A DNA stretch of 63,985 nt, filler included, from an uncultured Methanosarcinales archaeon (GTDB taxonomy: Archaea > Nanobdellota > Nanobdellia > Woesearchaeales > CAZKBD01), in the NCBI GenBank assembly GCA_964550945.1. It is 4 parts of 4 records of this genome, joined end to end, with 100 filler letters (N's around TTAATTAATTAA, not from the genome) between each part and the next. Parts side by side here need not be neighbours in the genome. Positions count along the whole stretch, not along the records: positions 1 to 21,530 come from CAZKBD010000024.1; 3 more parts are not named here. The stretch is one strand, 5' to 3'. The position numbers were made by a program, and so were the translations under genes. Positions 11,486 to 20,176 of this stretch are shown here, piece after piece. How positions within the stretch are numbered: the stretch's first letter is position 1; the number at the start of each line of letters is the position of its first letter. Under the pieces are notes generated by a model, which did no database searches, had not been told where the DNA came from, and saw only the letters and a list, made by a program, of their open reading frames with translations.

Positions 11486-12802
11486 ATGCCAGACGTGGAT
11501 GTAAGAGAACTCTTTAGGTCATTAATAAGCAGGTCAACTTTAGATGGACCACCAGTTTATAGAGTGGATATTTTATACCAACCATCGTTCTTCTTTTCTC
11601 CTGTTGATAATTCTGGTGTTAATTTAAGAGCAACTACGCCCAAAGAATTAGAAACTGCTCCTGAACTAAATCCCACACATTTATCTCCTGATCAGAGCGT
11701 TGAAAGCAGAATTGACGGAACTACAAGAAATGTAGTGTACCATCTTCCAGGCGGAGATGTTAGGATTGGTTTTTACAATAGAAATGATGTAGAAAAGGCA
11801 AATGCAGCATCATCCCATGATTTGGGTGAGTTATTACATCTTATAGATGGAACTGACACTTACTGTCCAAAATTAGATATTATTGAAAGACAAGATACCT
11901 CAGCGACATTATTAGGTGAAAATTTCCCGCAGATGTTTGGTCTAAGAAGTGTAGTGTTTCAAGAAGATACGCGTTATGGAGTTGTGGTTGCAGTCGACAG
12001 ATCACTAGTTGGAGGCCCAGAAGAGTTTACCCGTGTCCTTCTTGATAAGGAATTTATTACTCAACACCCTCACGACATGAACTATTTATTTCCTTTAATT
12101 ATTGAATCTGCGAAACAAGAGGGGTTAGACGTTGATCATAATTTGTTATTAAGCGATTCAATTCAACAAGGTGATAAACTAACCTATATTTTGGCAGTAA
12201 ATGATAGGTATTCTGCAACAGTAAGCTACAGGAGAACACCTGTAATATCAGTTGTTGGAAGATTAAATGCAATCCCTATCTGTTTATCAGCAAAAGTGAA
12301 AGATCGCCACTTTGTAGCAGCTGAAATCAGTTATGGTGGCATGGAAATTGGCGACTGTCATCTTACGTTATTAAAACAAGCCACGATCCAAGATCCAGAG
12401 CATCCAGACCAAAGTTACTCAGGCGATATTTGGTATAAATTGATTAGTAGAACAGAAAGCGCAGGATTAGCTAAAGGGGACCCAAGCTTTGGATTGTTTG
12501 AGATTCAAGTCGCTAAGTGTTACCAAATTGATGATTTTCAAATTGAATTCAACTTAGTTGAAAAAGCTAAAGAATTACCTCTCTCTTTTGAGAGGGGATT
12601 TAAAGATGAACTAGTTTTAACAAGGAGTCTAGGTGCTTTTGAACCTAAGGGAATAAGATATACTGCAGGGCTATCGGAGGTTAGAGCTCTAAGACAAACA
12701 ACAATTAACACCACAAGCATTGGTTTTGAAAGAGTTCTATTAAGAGATGCTTTTTGCTTAGTTCATCGTGAACAAGGGGACATGCCTCCTGACTACGGTT
12801 AG
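11486..12802 (+). CDS. Orphan hypothetical protein (438 aa, Lys-poor composition)
   Basis: Long ORF with BRE/TATA about 30 nt upstream; no recognisable motif. Confidence 0.75.
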   Translation: MPDVDVRELFRSLISRSTLDGPPVYRVDILYQPSFFFSPVDNSGVNLRATTPKELETAPELNPTHLSPDQSVESRIDGTTRNVVYHLPGGDVRIGFYNRNDVEKANAASSHDLGELLHLIDGTDTYCPKLDIIERQDTSATLLGENFPQMFGLRSVVFQEDTRYGVVVAVDRSLVGGPEEFTRVLLDKEFITQHPHDMNYLFPLIIESAKQEGLDVDHNLLLSDSIQQGDKLTYILAVNDRYSATVSYRRTPVISVVGRLNAIPICLSAKVKDRHFVAAEISYGGMEIGDCHLTLLKQATIQDPEHPDQSYSGDIWYKLISRTESAGLAKGDPSFGLFEIQVAKCYQIDDFQIEFNLVEKAKELPLSFERGFKDELVLTRSLGAFEPKGIRYTAGLSEVRALRQTTINTTSIGFERVLLRDAFCLVHREQGDMPPDYG

Positions 12803-12818
12803 TTCTTACACTATCTCA

Positions 12819-13340
12819 CTACACCCCAAAAAACCTCTTATAATACTCCACAAAAACTTCTTCAGGAACTTTAAGCCCAGCCTCAACAAAGGCATTTGCC
12901 AGATTAAATCCTTCCCTTTCTTCATCACCTGGCTTGAAATTAAGAATATCTGTAATAGTCTCTTTGCAAAGAAAGCCTTCATTCATCTCAATGACAGCTT
13001 TTATCATTTTACCTTCTTGGTAAAAAGTGAGTGTTTCCATATTAAACTGCAAACCATTATTTACAAGAACTTTGTCTTCTTCTTTAAAGCCCATATTCAA
13101 AAGCTCTAGCTTTATCAAATCTTTAACAACACCTTTTCTTCCTTTTGTTCTAATATAATCAGCTAATTTATCTATCTTATAAAATTCAATAAACATATTA
13201 GAAACTATATTTTCAAATCTATATATTTTACCTAGATATTTACTAACCTTCTGCCTGGATTCTTTTTTTCTTTTTCTCCATACATTCCTTACAAGATAAG
13301 CATAGAAATTTCCCTTTATCCTCTTTTTTCTGATGAACAT
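12819..13340 (-). CDS. Hypothetical protein with basic N-terminal domain resembling the IS1634-transposase N-terminus
   Basis: MFIRKKRIKGNFYAYLV..W...SRQKVSKYLG pattern; too short for a DDE domain. Confidence 0.6.
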   Translation of the reverse strand: MFIRKKRIKGNFYAYLVRNVWRKRKKESRQKVSKYLGKIYRFENIVSNMFIEFYKIDKLADYIRTKGRKGVVKDLIKLELLNMGFKEEDKVLVNNGLQFNMETLTFYQEGKMIKAVIEMNEGFLCKETITDILNFKPGDEEREGFNLANAFVEAGLKVPEEVFVEYYKRFFGV

Positions 13341-13443
13341 CAACTGGGTTAGGCACTAGCATATATATAAACTTTTCTCTCGTCAGAAGTCCTATAACAT
13401 TAAAATTTTAGCGTCTGGGAGTTTAGCAATTGCTATACTGATA

Positions 13444-13656
13444 TGTCAAAAACCACATCCTTAGATTGATGTCATAATCTTAGCATAGCCAACATAATTC
13501 AGGTGGTTTTTGAGCATGAACTGAGAAATTTGCCAAGCAAATTTCTGGTTTGTTAAAAATCCCAAAAGGATTTTAAACACTCAGAAATATACCATAACCG
13601 CAAACGGTGTTAGGTTTTATCCATCAGTCAAACAGACTGATGGTATATTTCTGACA
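13444..13656 (-). repeat. Modular hairpin repeat element, copy 1 (MITE/REP-like)
   Basis: Minus strand TGTCAGAAATATACC...GGTATATTTCTGAG + two extra hairpins + GCTCAAAAACCACC...GTGGTTTTTGACA; flanked by TA on both sides; homologous to 23675 and 40001. Confidence 0.85.
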
Positions 13657-13663
13657 TAGCCAA

Positions 13664-14251
13664 TCACATCTTTTGGACAACCTGTCCTTCAGGCGTTTGT
13701 TCAGCAAAAACCTGGCTCTGGAAACTATAAATACGGGATTTATCAAAATCCTGCCAAGAATCAGGCTCTAAACCAGCCTTAACACATGTCTGGCTTAAGA
13801 AAGTCTGTACATCCCATTTGTACTCAACTGCTACTTGAGGCAATAACAATCCAGAGCTGAAAACACCTTTTACAATTAAGCCATCCCTTCCAATCTGGAT
13901 CTTGCTCAAATATTCTTCTGGATTTCTAACTTCAATCACGCTAGGCACAGTCAATACACTTACTTCAACATTTAATCCAGGAAGTTCCTTCTTATCCAAA
14001 GGAGGAAATCTTGGATCAGAAAAAGCAGCTGATTTGGCAGCGCTTATAACCCCTTCATACAAGGTATAGATAGGCTCAACAAATCCAATACAGCCTCTAA
14101 GATAGCCATTTTTTTGAAGGGTTACAAAAACACCTTGTTTTTGTGAGAACTCTCGCTTTATAGCAGGGCTTACTCTTAAATTCTTTGAACCAGCTTTTAT
14201 GGAATCTCGAGCAAGCCTTATTAACTTGGCGCCTTGCTCCAAACTAAGCAT
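13664..14251 (-). CDS. AMMECR1-domain protein
   Basis: GVFVTL, LRGCIG, DPRFPP, GLLLPQV motifs. Confidence 0.93.
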   Translation of the reverse strand: MLSLEQGAKLIRLARDSIKAGSKNLRVSPAIKREFSQKQGVFVTLQKNGYLRGCIGFVEPIYTLYEGVISAAKSAAFSDPRFPPLDKKELPGLNVEVSVLTVPSVIEVRNPEEYLSKIQIGRDGLIVKGVFSSGLLLPQVAVEYKWDVQTFLSQTCVKAGLEPDSWQDFDKSRIYSFQSQVFAEQTPEGQVVQKM

Positions 14252-14530
14252 CTATTTTACCTCTTTTTGAAATTCCTTGTTGAACTTATCCACTTCTTTT
14301 TTAAGCCTTTGGGCAGCATCTATCAATGCCTGTTGAGGTGTCTTTTTACCGTCGGTACTAACTAACATCTCAGGCGTGCTTACTAATGGATGTTTTATGC
14401 TGTATCCAGCAGCTTTTATATGCTCGTCATTCCACAATTCACTCTTTAAAGCATTGCCTAAGCTGAATGTAGTTCCTTTCAGCTCAAAAACAACCTCATT
14501 TTTTTTATCTTTTAGAATGTTTATCTCCAT
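14252..14530 (-). CDS. rpoL: DNA-directed RNA polymerase subunit L (Rpo11)
   Basis: 92 aa, LGNALKSEL...AGYSIKHPL pattern. Confidence 0.9.
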   Translation of the reverse strand: MEINILKDKKNEVVFELKGTTFSLGNALKSELWNDEHIKAAGYSIKHPLVSTPEMLVSTDGKKTPQQALIDAAQRLKKEVDKFNKEFQKEVK

Positions 14531-14555
14531 TTTAAAGCTAGAAGCAAGCGCTTAT

Positions 14556-15188
14556 TTAAAAAGCTTTTTGTTTCAGCCTGAAACAACTGACCGCTATCCT
14601 CATTATTCGTCGACGATGAAAATCATAACTGGATTTCAAGGGAAATTTGAAATCATAGCAATGGCTCACAATATACCCATTGTCCTTGGCAAAAGCCTCC
14701 ACAAACCTTTTAGTCTCACTTTTGTGGAAAGAATACACTATATCAGCAACCCTAAAAGCCTTAGCCAAGAAGGCCCTATCATGATGCCTCACTTTTGTGC
14801 CAAAAGGAGGGTTCATCAACACAACATCAGCTTGCTCATTAAACTCAGCAATATCCTGGCATAGAAAAACAGCTTCACCTGATATATCAGCCTCACTTTT
14901 TGCCTGTTTCAGGTTATTTTCTGCTATCTCCAGCGCTTCCTTATCATTATCAACAAAATACACCTTTTTTGCCCCCAAGATCAAAGCCCCAATGCCAAGA
15001 ATCCCTGTTCCACAGCCCAAGTCAACACTCACTTTTTCCAAAATATCACCATTTATGAAAGCATTCCAAAGCACTTCAGCTCCAATCTCGCTATCCATAG
15101 CATACTGCTCAGCCTTGATCTTCGGCTTATCAAAAACCCCTAGTTTTGACAGCATGATTGCAAGCCTTGATTTGCTTATTTTACCCAT
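14556..15188 (-). CDS. METTL5-family N6-adenine RNA methyltransferase
   Basis: [19 protein letters not shown] motifs. Confidence 0.9.
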   Translation of the reverse strand: MGKISKSRLAIMLSKLGVFDKPKIKAEQYAMDSEIGAEVLWNAFINGDILEKVSVDLGCGTGILGIGALILGAKKVYFVDNDKEALEIAENNLKQAKSEADISGEAVFLCQDIAEFNEQADVVLMNPPFGTKVRHHDRAFLAKAFRVADIVYSFHKSETKRFVEAFAKDNGYIVSHCYDFKFPLKSSYDFHRRRIMRIAVSCFRLKQKAF

Positions 15189-15590
15189 TTTGAACTCTCA
15201 CTTTTGCCTAAAAATATGCGTTTTGTTCCGCTTTTCTAGCCATTAGATTGACTCTCTTTTATTTAAATTTAATCAATTTAAATCCTTAATTTAGTGGCTA
15301 GGATATGCATGTTTGAGTATATGCTAACCCAGTTATCATTCAAAATCCCATCTGTTTATGATCCAATCTAATTTCAGATTATCAACCAAAATCAAACAAA
15401 AATTTCAATGTTTTAACAAAATATTTTATCATTTTTTATTTTACCAACTTTAGTTTTGCTTCGCTTTTTTTATTGTTTATAAAGTATGAAATACTTTTAA
15501 ACTAGAGAAAATTTTTTAATTTTCTCGTTTACGCCTTTGCTCAATTTTATCTAATCTTTTTCCCTTTCCATGCCTAATCAACAACATCAT

Positions 15591-15759
15591 TCCCAGTCCC
15601 AATCCCTTATTTTATCGTCGATGACCTAAAGTCCCAGTCCCAATCCCAGCATAGTCCCAAAACTGTCCCATCTCAGTCCCAATATTTAAACATTTCTATT
15701 CTAATTTCATTCCCAATTAAGTTCCAACATAGTCCCAACAAGATCCCAACACAATCCAA
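15591..15759 (+). repeat. Array of about 13 (G)TCCCA(A) direct repeats, mostly 11 bp apart
   Basis: TCCCA cores at 15591, 15597, 15632, 15638, 15644, 15655, 15666, 15677, 15711, 15733, 15744, plus variants at 15722 and 15755. Confidence 0.85.
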
Positions 15760-15803
15760 AAATAGCGAAAGATTTAAATAAATCAGTTTACATTTATATT
15801 GCC

Positions 15804-16586
15804 ATGGCATTGTTTAGCAGAAAATCAAACGCAGAAAAAGAGGTGGAGCAGCTAAAGCAAATCCTGGCAACCTCTTTTAGCAATGTCAAAAGAGACTCGC
15901 AAAACATCTTTGAATGGCTAAACTTTCTCTACAAAAAAAACCAGCACCAGGAGCAGATTATAACGGAGCTCAAGCAGCAGCTTGACCATATGCCAAAAAC
16001 AAGGCAGGAGTTAAAGCAGATAATAGATTATTATTACTCCCATGACCATTTGCTTAAAAAGATACATGAGCTTAACGAAAGGGTAGACTCCTTGATACAC
16101 CTAAAGAACATGCCTTTTGAGTTAGACCAGATAAGGGCCCAATTAGACAATTTGGCAAAAATACCTAGGCCAATTCCAGCGCATGTTGAGCAGAATATTG
16201 CTCATATACGCGCTAGGTTAGATAAGGTTGAATCAGCAACGCCTATCCATCCAATTGTGCCTCATCACATTGAAGAAAAGTTATCCCAAATGCATAGCCG
16301 CCTGGAAAAAGTGGAAGCAAAAAAGCAAAGCTTTAAGGAAAAGTTAGTTCAAAAAATAGCAAAGCGGTCAAAAGAATATGTAAAAAGCGTGATAATCTCT
16401 TACATAAGGAAGTATGGCAAAATATCGGGCTTGCAGCTAAAAGAGATGGTAGTGGATGAGCAGGCATTATGCTCAAAAAGCTCATTTTATCGGCTATTAA
16501 ATGAAATTGAAAGCCTTGGAGAAATTTCTGTGATCCAGCAGGGAAAAGAGAAGCAGTACCTCTTTAAAATTACTAAACTACACTAA
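15804..16586 (+). CDS. Hypothetical coiled-coil protein with probable C-terminal winged helix
   Basis: Heptad-rich N/middle part; C-terminal LKEMVV...SKSSFYRLLNEIE..G.I wHTH-like pattern. Confidence 0.75.
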   Translation: MALFSRKSNAEKEVEQLKQILATSFSNVKRDSQNIFEWLNFLYKKNQHQEQIITELKQQLDHMPKTRQELKQIIDYYYSHDHLLKKIHELNERVDSLIHLKNMPFELDQIRAQLDNLAKIPRPIPAHVEQNIAHIRARLDKVESATPIHPIVPHHIEEKLSQMHSRLEKVEAKKQSFKEKLVQKIAKRSKEYVKSVIISYIRKYGKISGLQLKEMVVDEQALCSKSSFYRLLNEIESLGEISVIQQGKEKQYLFKITKLH

Positions 16587-16655
16587 AAATATAGCTGTTT
16601 CAAAACAGAAATCTATTTAAATAACCTATCACTAAATTTTTTTGGGGGTGTTTGA

Positions 16656-17216
16656 ATGTTTGTAGATTTTAACAAAAAGAGGGATACATTTACTGATACC
16701 GATATAATATCAACAAATGACATCAAGGAGATATTCACAGAAATAAGGGGCGAATTTGATGATCATCTGACAGCAATCAATGAAAATACCAGCGAGATCC
16801 AGGCAAATTATGAGGACTTATGCGAGCTTGGTTCTAAAATGGATAAGTTTGGTGAGAGATTAGACAGGATTGAGCTGTTTCTCAAGGGTCAGGGCTTTAA
16901 AGTTGAGGAAGAACCTGTTTATAATGTTCAAGCCCTTACAAAAAAAGAGCAGGAAGTGTTCTTGATCCTTTATACTCATGAAGAAAAGGGCCCAATTAAC
17001 TATGATCAGATAGCCAGAAATCTTGGCTTGACAGAGGAATTGGCAGCTTCTTATATCCAAAGTTTGATCGCAAAAGGAATTCCAATCTACAAGCGCTACA
17101 TAAACAATAAGCCTTTTATAAGGCTAGACAAAAAATTTAAGGATTGGCAGACAAAGAAAAACCTTTTGCACATTTCGCAAACAATAATCCCCAACATACT
17201 GGCTGGTGTTGTCTAA
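16656..17216 (+). CDS. Hypothetical coiled-coil plus winged-HTH protein
   Basis: Acidic coiled coil followed by LTKKEQEVFLILY...YDQIARNLGLTEELAASYIQSLIAKG wHTH; GGGGTG RBS. Confidence 0.8.
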   Translation: MFVDFNKKRDTFTDTDIISTNDIKEIFTEIRGEFDDHLTAINENTSEIQANYEDLCELGSKMDKFGERLDRIELFLKGQGFKVEEEPVYNVQALTKKEQEVFLILYTHEEKGPINYDQIARNLGLTEELAASYIQSLIAKGIPIYKRYINNKPFIRLDKKFKDWQTKKNLLHISQTIIPNILAGVV

Positions 17217-17476
17217 TCAAGATTAAAAGTTTTTAGCATTGATTATATTTTTTGTTCTACACATTATGTTATCATTGATTAAAAGTTTTAGTCGCAAACA
17301 AACCGCAATTTATACAAATAATCCTACATTTTTCTTAAAACTAACCCATTTTAGTAAAAAACTATCAAAACGCAACATTTCTACTACTTCTGTATCATTT
17401 TTGACCTACTTTTGAACAAAAACACAACATTTAAATACAAGTGTTGCATTTATTTTAGATAAAAAGAGGTAATTTA

Positions 17477-18124
17477 ATGGCAAAAAGATTTAATGAATAT
17501 TATCTTAATTGGAACGAAATTAATCAAATAATTGCTGCAGCCAAAAATCTAAAAGAAAGTACTGTTCTAAAAATTCTAGCAAGAACTGGCATGAGAAGAT
17601 TTGAACTTGTCAATCTTAAAGTTAAGGATGTTGATTTTGAAAGAAAAAGGATCTATATTGCAAAAGGCAAAGGAGGAAATGAAAAAGATCCAAAATCAAG
17701 GGCAGTTCCTATTGACGATGACACTCTACAGACCATAAAATTCTACTTAGGAAGCCGAAAATCAGGCTTTTTAATCCAAAGTAATAATAAATCCTATGAA
17801 GGCATATCCTTAAGCCAAATTAACCGAATTGTGACGAAGTGTGCTAACAGGGCAAACATCAAAAATCCCAATCCCAAGCTGAAAAACATGAATCCTCACA
17901 TATTTAGACATAGCTTTTCCAGGCTTAGTTTGGCAGCAGGAATCCCTTTTAATATGGTTCAGAAGATAGCTGGGCACGCTGATGCGAGAACAACGCTCCA
18001 AATGTACGGGATACCTTCAATAACAGACACACAGCAGTTATACGAAGAAAAACTCATTGAAAAGTTCAAAGAAAAACCCAAAGATAAAGGTAATGAAAAA
18101 TTAACCAAATTTGCTGATAAATAG
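17477..18124 (+). CDS. Tyrosine recombinase/integrase, catalytic domain only (215 aa)
   Basis: TGMR (R), KGKG (K), HIFRH (HxxR), AGH...TT..Y complete catalytic set; GAGGT RBS. Confidence 0.93.
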   Translation: MAKRFNEYYLNWNEINQIIAAAKNLKESTVLKILARTGMRRFELVNLKVKDVDFERKRIYIAKGKGGNEKDPKSRAVPIDDDTLQTIKFYLGSRKSGFLIQSNNKSYEGISLSQINRIVTKCANRANIKNPNPKLKNMNPHIFRHSFSRLSLAAGIPFNMVQKIAGHADARTTLQMYGIPSITDTQQLYEEKLIEKFKEKPKDKGNEKLTKFADK

Positions 18125-18125
18125 G

Positions 18126-18209
18126 TAAAAAGAGCACGCAAAACTCCTAAATAATGATTTTAGATTTCATCAAAAATCAATTATGGAGTTTCGCTCAACG
18201 CTCTTTTTA
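18126..18209. other. 84-nt imperfect hairpin directly after the recombinase stop
   Basis: TAAAAAGAGC..GCAAAACTCC..TGATTTT pairs with AAAATCA..GGAGTTTCGC..GCTCTTTTTA. Confidence 0.7.
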
Positions 18210-18278
18210 TAGTCTAGATTTCCTTATTGTTAATGTAAGGAAATCTCACAGTTAGATGAGAATTCCCATGGTGTAAAA

Positions 18279-18827
18279 ATGGTTAAACCATCCCAAAAAA
18301 GCATTGATCTAATAAATGACATATTCGTGCAAGGCGACACAAGATATGGGGATTATTGGAATGCCCATATGGTTGCTAGCTTTCTTGATAATAAAGGTAT
18401 TGAAATCGAAAAAATACTGATTACTAACAAGGAGGAACCTTCCAAAGAAGAATTACGTCGCATTGGTGGTCCCCAAAAGTATTACAAATTTATTGGAAAA
18501 CAACTGCTCGAAGCAAAAGGATATCAGATTACTGGCTTTGAAATCCCATTTAGGGGAGGAAGAGCAGATATACTAGCCGAAAACCCATCAAAAAGAGATA
18601 TAATCGCAGTAGAGTGCTGTTCTTGCAGAATCACAAAGGCAATAGATTACTTAGGGTGGAAAAATACAACATTATGGATACTTTCATTGGGAGAAACTTG
18701 CTTAGATGAGGAACCACTTCCTCTTTATGTCATCAAAAGAGGTCCAAAATGGGATATTTGTCTTGAAATGTATGAAAAAGCAATTAGACAATTATTTAAA
18801 AAAGTTGAAAAAGTTACGAATATATAA
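18279..18827 (+). CDS. Hypothetical protein, possible PD-(D/E)XK nuclease fold
   Basis: FE...GRADILA...IIAVEC pattern typical of restriction-endonuclease-like folds. Confidence 0.55.
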   Translation: MVKPSQKSIDLINDIFVQGDTRYGDYWNAHMVASFLDNKGIEIEKILITNKEEPSKEELRRIGGPQKYYKFIGKQLLEAKGYQITGFEIPFRGGRADILAENPSKRDIIAVECCSCRITKAIDYLGWKNTTLWILSLGETCLDEEPLPLYVIKRGPKWDICLEMYEKAIRQLFKKVEKVTNI

Positions 18828-19162
18828 TATCATTTTCTCGTCGATAAAAATAAATTAATCACTAAAAATTTTGGTTATAATTCTATTTTATAATATATAT
18901 TTTATAAGTCAATCACCATTTATAACATAACCATCATAACAATATAGATATAATAAATATTATAAGAAACTTATAATACCATATACATTTTATATAATCC
19001 ACATTTTATTATTTACAATATTGAAAATAATGAACTATTAACCCTCACTTTTTTAAGAAAAGTGAGAGTTGCAATAGGTATAAGATTAAATGAACTCTAA
19101 TCAAAGAAATAACAAACACTCACTTTTTAAGAAAACTTGTTCAAATAGAGTTTTAGCTGTAA

Positions 19163-19317
19163 AAATTTTAACAACAATGGCACAGGCGAGGCGGGGGTTG
19201 CCCCGTGACATGCGAGTGAGCTCGTTCGAGAGCGAACTCGCTCACAAATCACTGGGTGCCGAGCAGGGCATTTGCGTAGCAAATGACCGTCTGTTGCCAT
19301 TATTGTTGTTAAAATTT
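19163..19317. repeat. GC-rich structured element closed by a perfect 16-bp inverted repeat
   Basis: AAATTTTAACAACAAT / ATTGTTGTTAAAATTT termini; internal hairpins GTTCG-AGAG-CGAAC and CATTTGC-GTA-GCAAATG. Confidence 0.75.
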
Positions 19318-19451
19318 AAAGAAAAATCATTTATTAGGATGAATCTTACAAATATTTTTCCAAAATCAGAAAAAAGTGAGCTTAAAATAATCTATTAGGC
19401 ACTATAAAATAAGAAAAAAGGTTTAAGTTATACAGCTTTAAACCTAAAAAT

Positions 19452-20174
19452 TTAAGCGATATAGCTTAATTTCTTCTTCTCAGAAAGCTCCTTAACCTTC
19501 TGCCCTTGCTGCAATATCCCTTTTAACTTCTCCTCAAACTTCTGGGCTTGCTCTAACAACGGCTTATAATCCACTTCTAAGCCAAGATATTTGTCTAAAG
19601 CCTCTATAATCTTTGCAGCTGCTTTGCTGTCAGGCAAATTTGTATGAGTTTCAGAAAATATGCACGATACAGCTATTTCGTCTGCTCTAAGCAATAAAGC
19701 TCCTGTAACTCCCATTATTATGCCCTCATTTAAAGATTTAATTCCTGTCTTCTTCAATTTCTCAGCTTTTTTTGGGTCGCTGGCATGGAAAAAAGCCTGA
19801 GTTTTTCCTTCTTCTGTCTGAGAAGATCCCACTCCTTCTAAACAAATAACCTCTTTTGCATTCAATTGCTTTGCCATCTTTACTATTGCATCTGCTAATT
19901 TCCATTCCAAACCCTGGCTTGCAGTAATTGCATGCAGAATAACTATATTACACCCCTTGTCATAGAATATTCCTAGCGGCTCTACAACCTTACCCTGGTG
20001 TATAGCAACCATTGCAGGCAGTTCTTCAAAGCTTATCCTTCCTATTTGCTCTGTTTTTAGATGGTCTATCAAAAACTCAGAAGCAATTGTTCCAACTAAT
20101 CCAAACCCCGGAAATCCCTCTATAATAATGGGGTTTTTTGGTTTTTTATTTAATTTTATTTCCATTGATATCAC
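19452..20174 (-). CDS. PAC2-family proteasome assembly chaperone
   Basis: IIEGFPGFGLVGTIA, PDSKAAA motifs; C-terminal SYIA. Confidence 0.9.
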   Translation of the reverse strand: MISMEIKLNKKPKNPIIIEGFPGFGLVGTIASEFLIDHLKTEQIGRISFEELPAMVAIHQGKVVEPLGIFYDKGCNIVILHAITASQGLEWKLADAIVKMAKQLNAKEVICLEGVGSSQTEEGKTQAFFHASDPKKAEKLKKTGIKSLNEGIIMGVTGALLLRADEIAVSCIFSETHTNLPDSKAAAKIIEALDKYLGLEVDYKPLLEQAQKFEEKLKGILQQGQKVKELSEKKKLSYIA

Positions 20175-20176
20175 CT

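Noticed and set aside
15591..15759. CRISPR array
   Set aside because: Repeats are 5-7 bp with ~5-bp gaps; no 25-40 bp repeat/spacer structure and no cas genes.
17250..17275. TTATGTTA resembling a bacterial XerD arm
   Set aside because: No matching ATAA left arm at 6-bp spacing.
19163..19317. SRP RNA or RNase P RNA identity
   Set aside because: Too short, and I found neither the SRP helix-8 motif nor the RNase P P4 consensus on either strand.
19090..19398. 102-aa ORF over the GC-rich element
   Set aside because: No protein motif; it is a by-product of the structured repeat.
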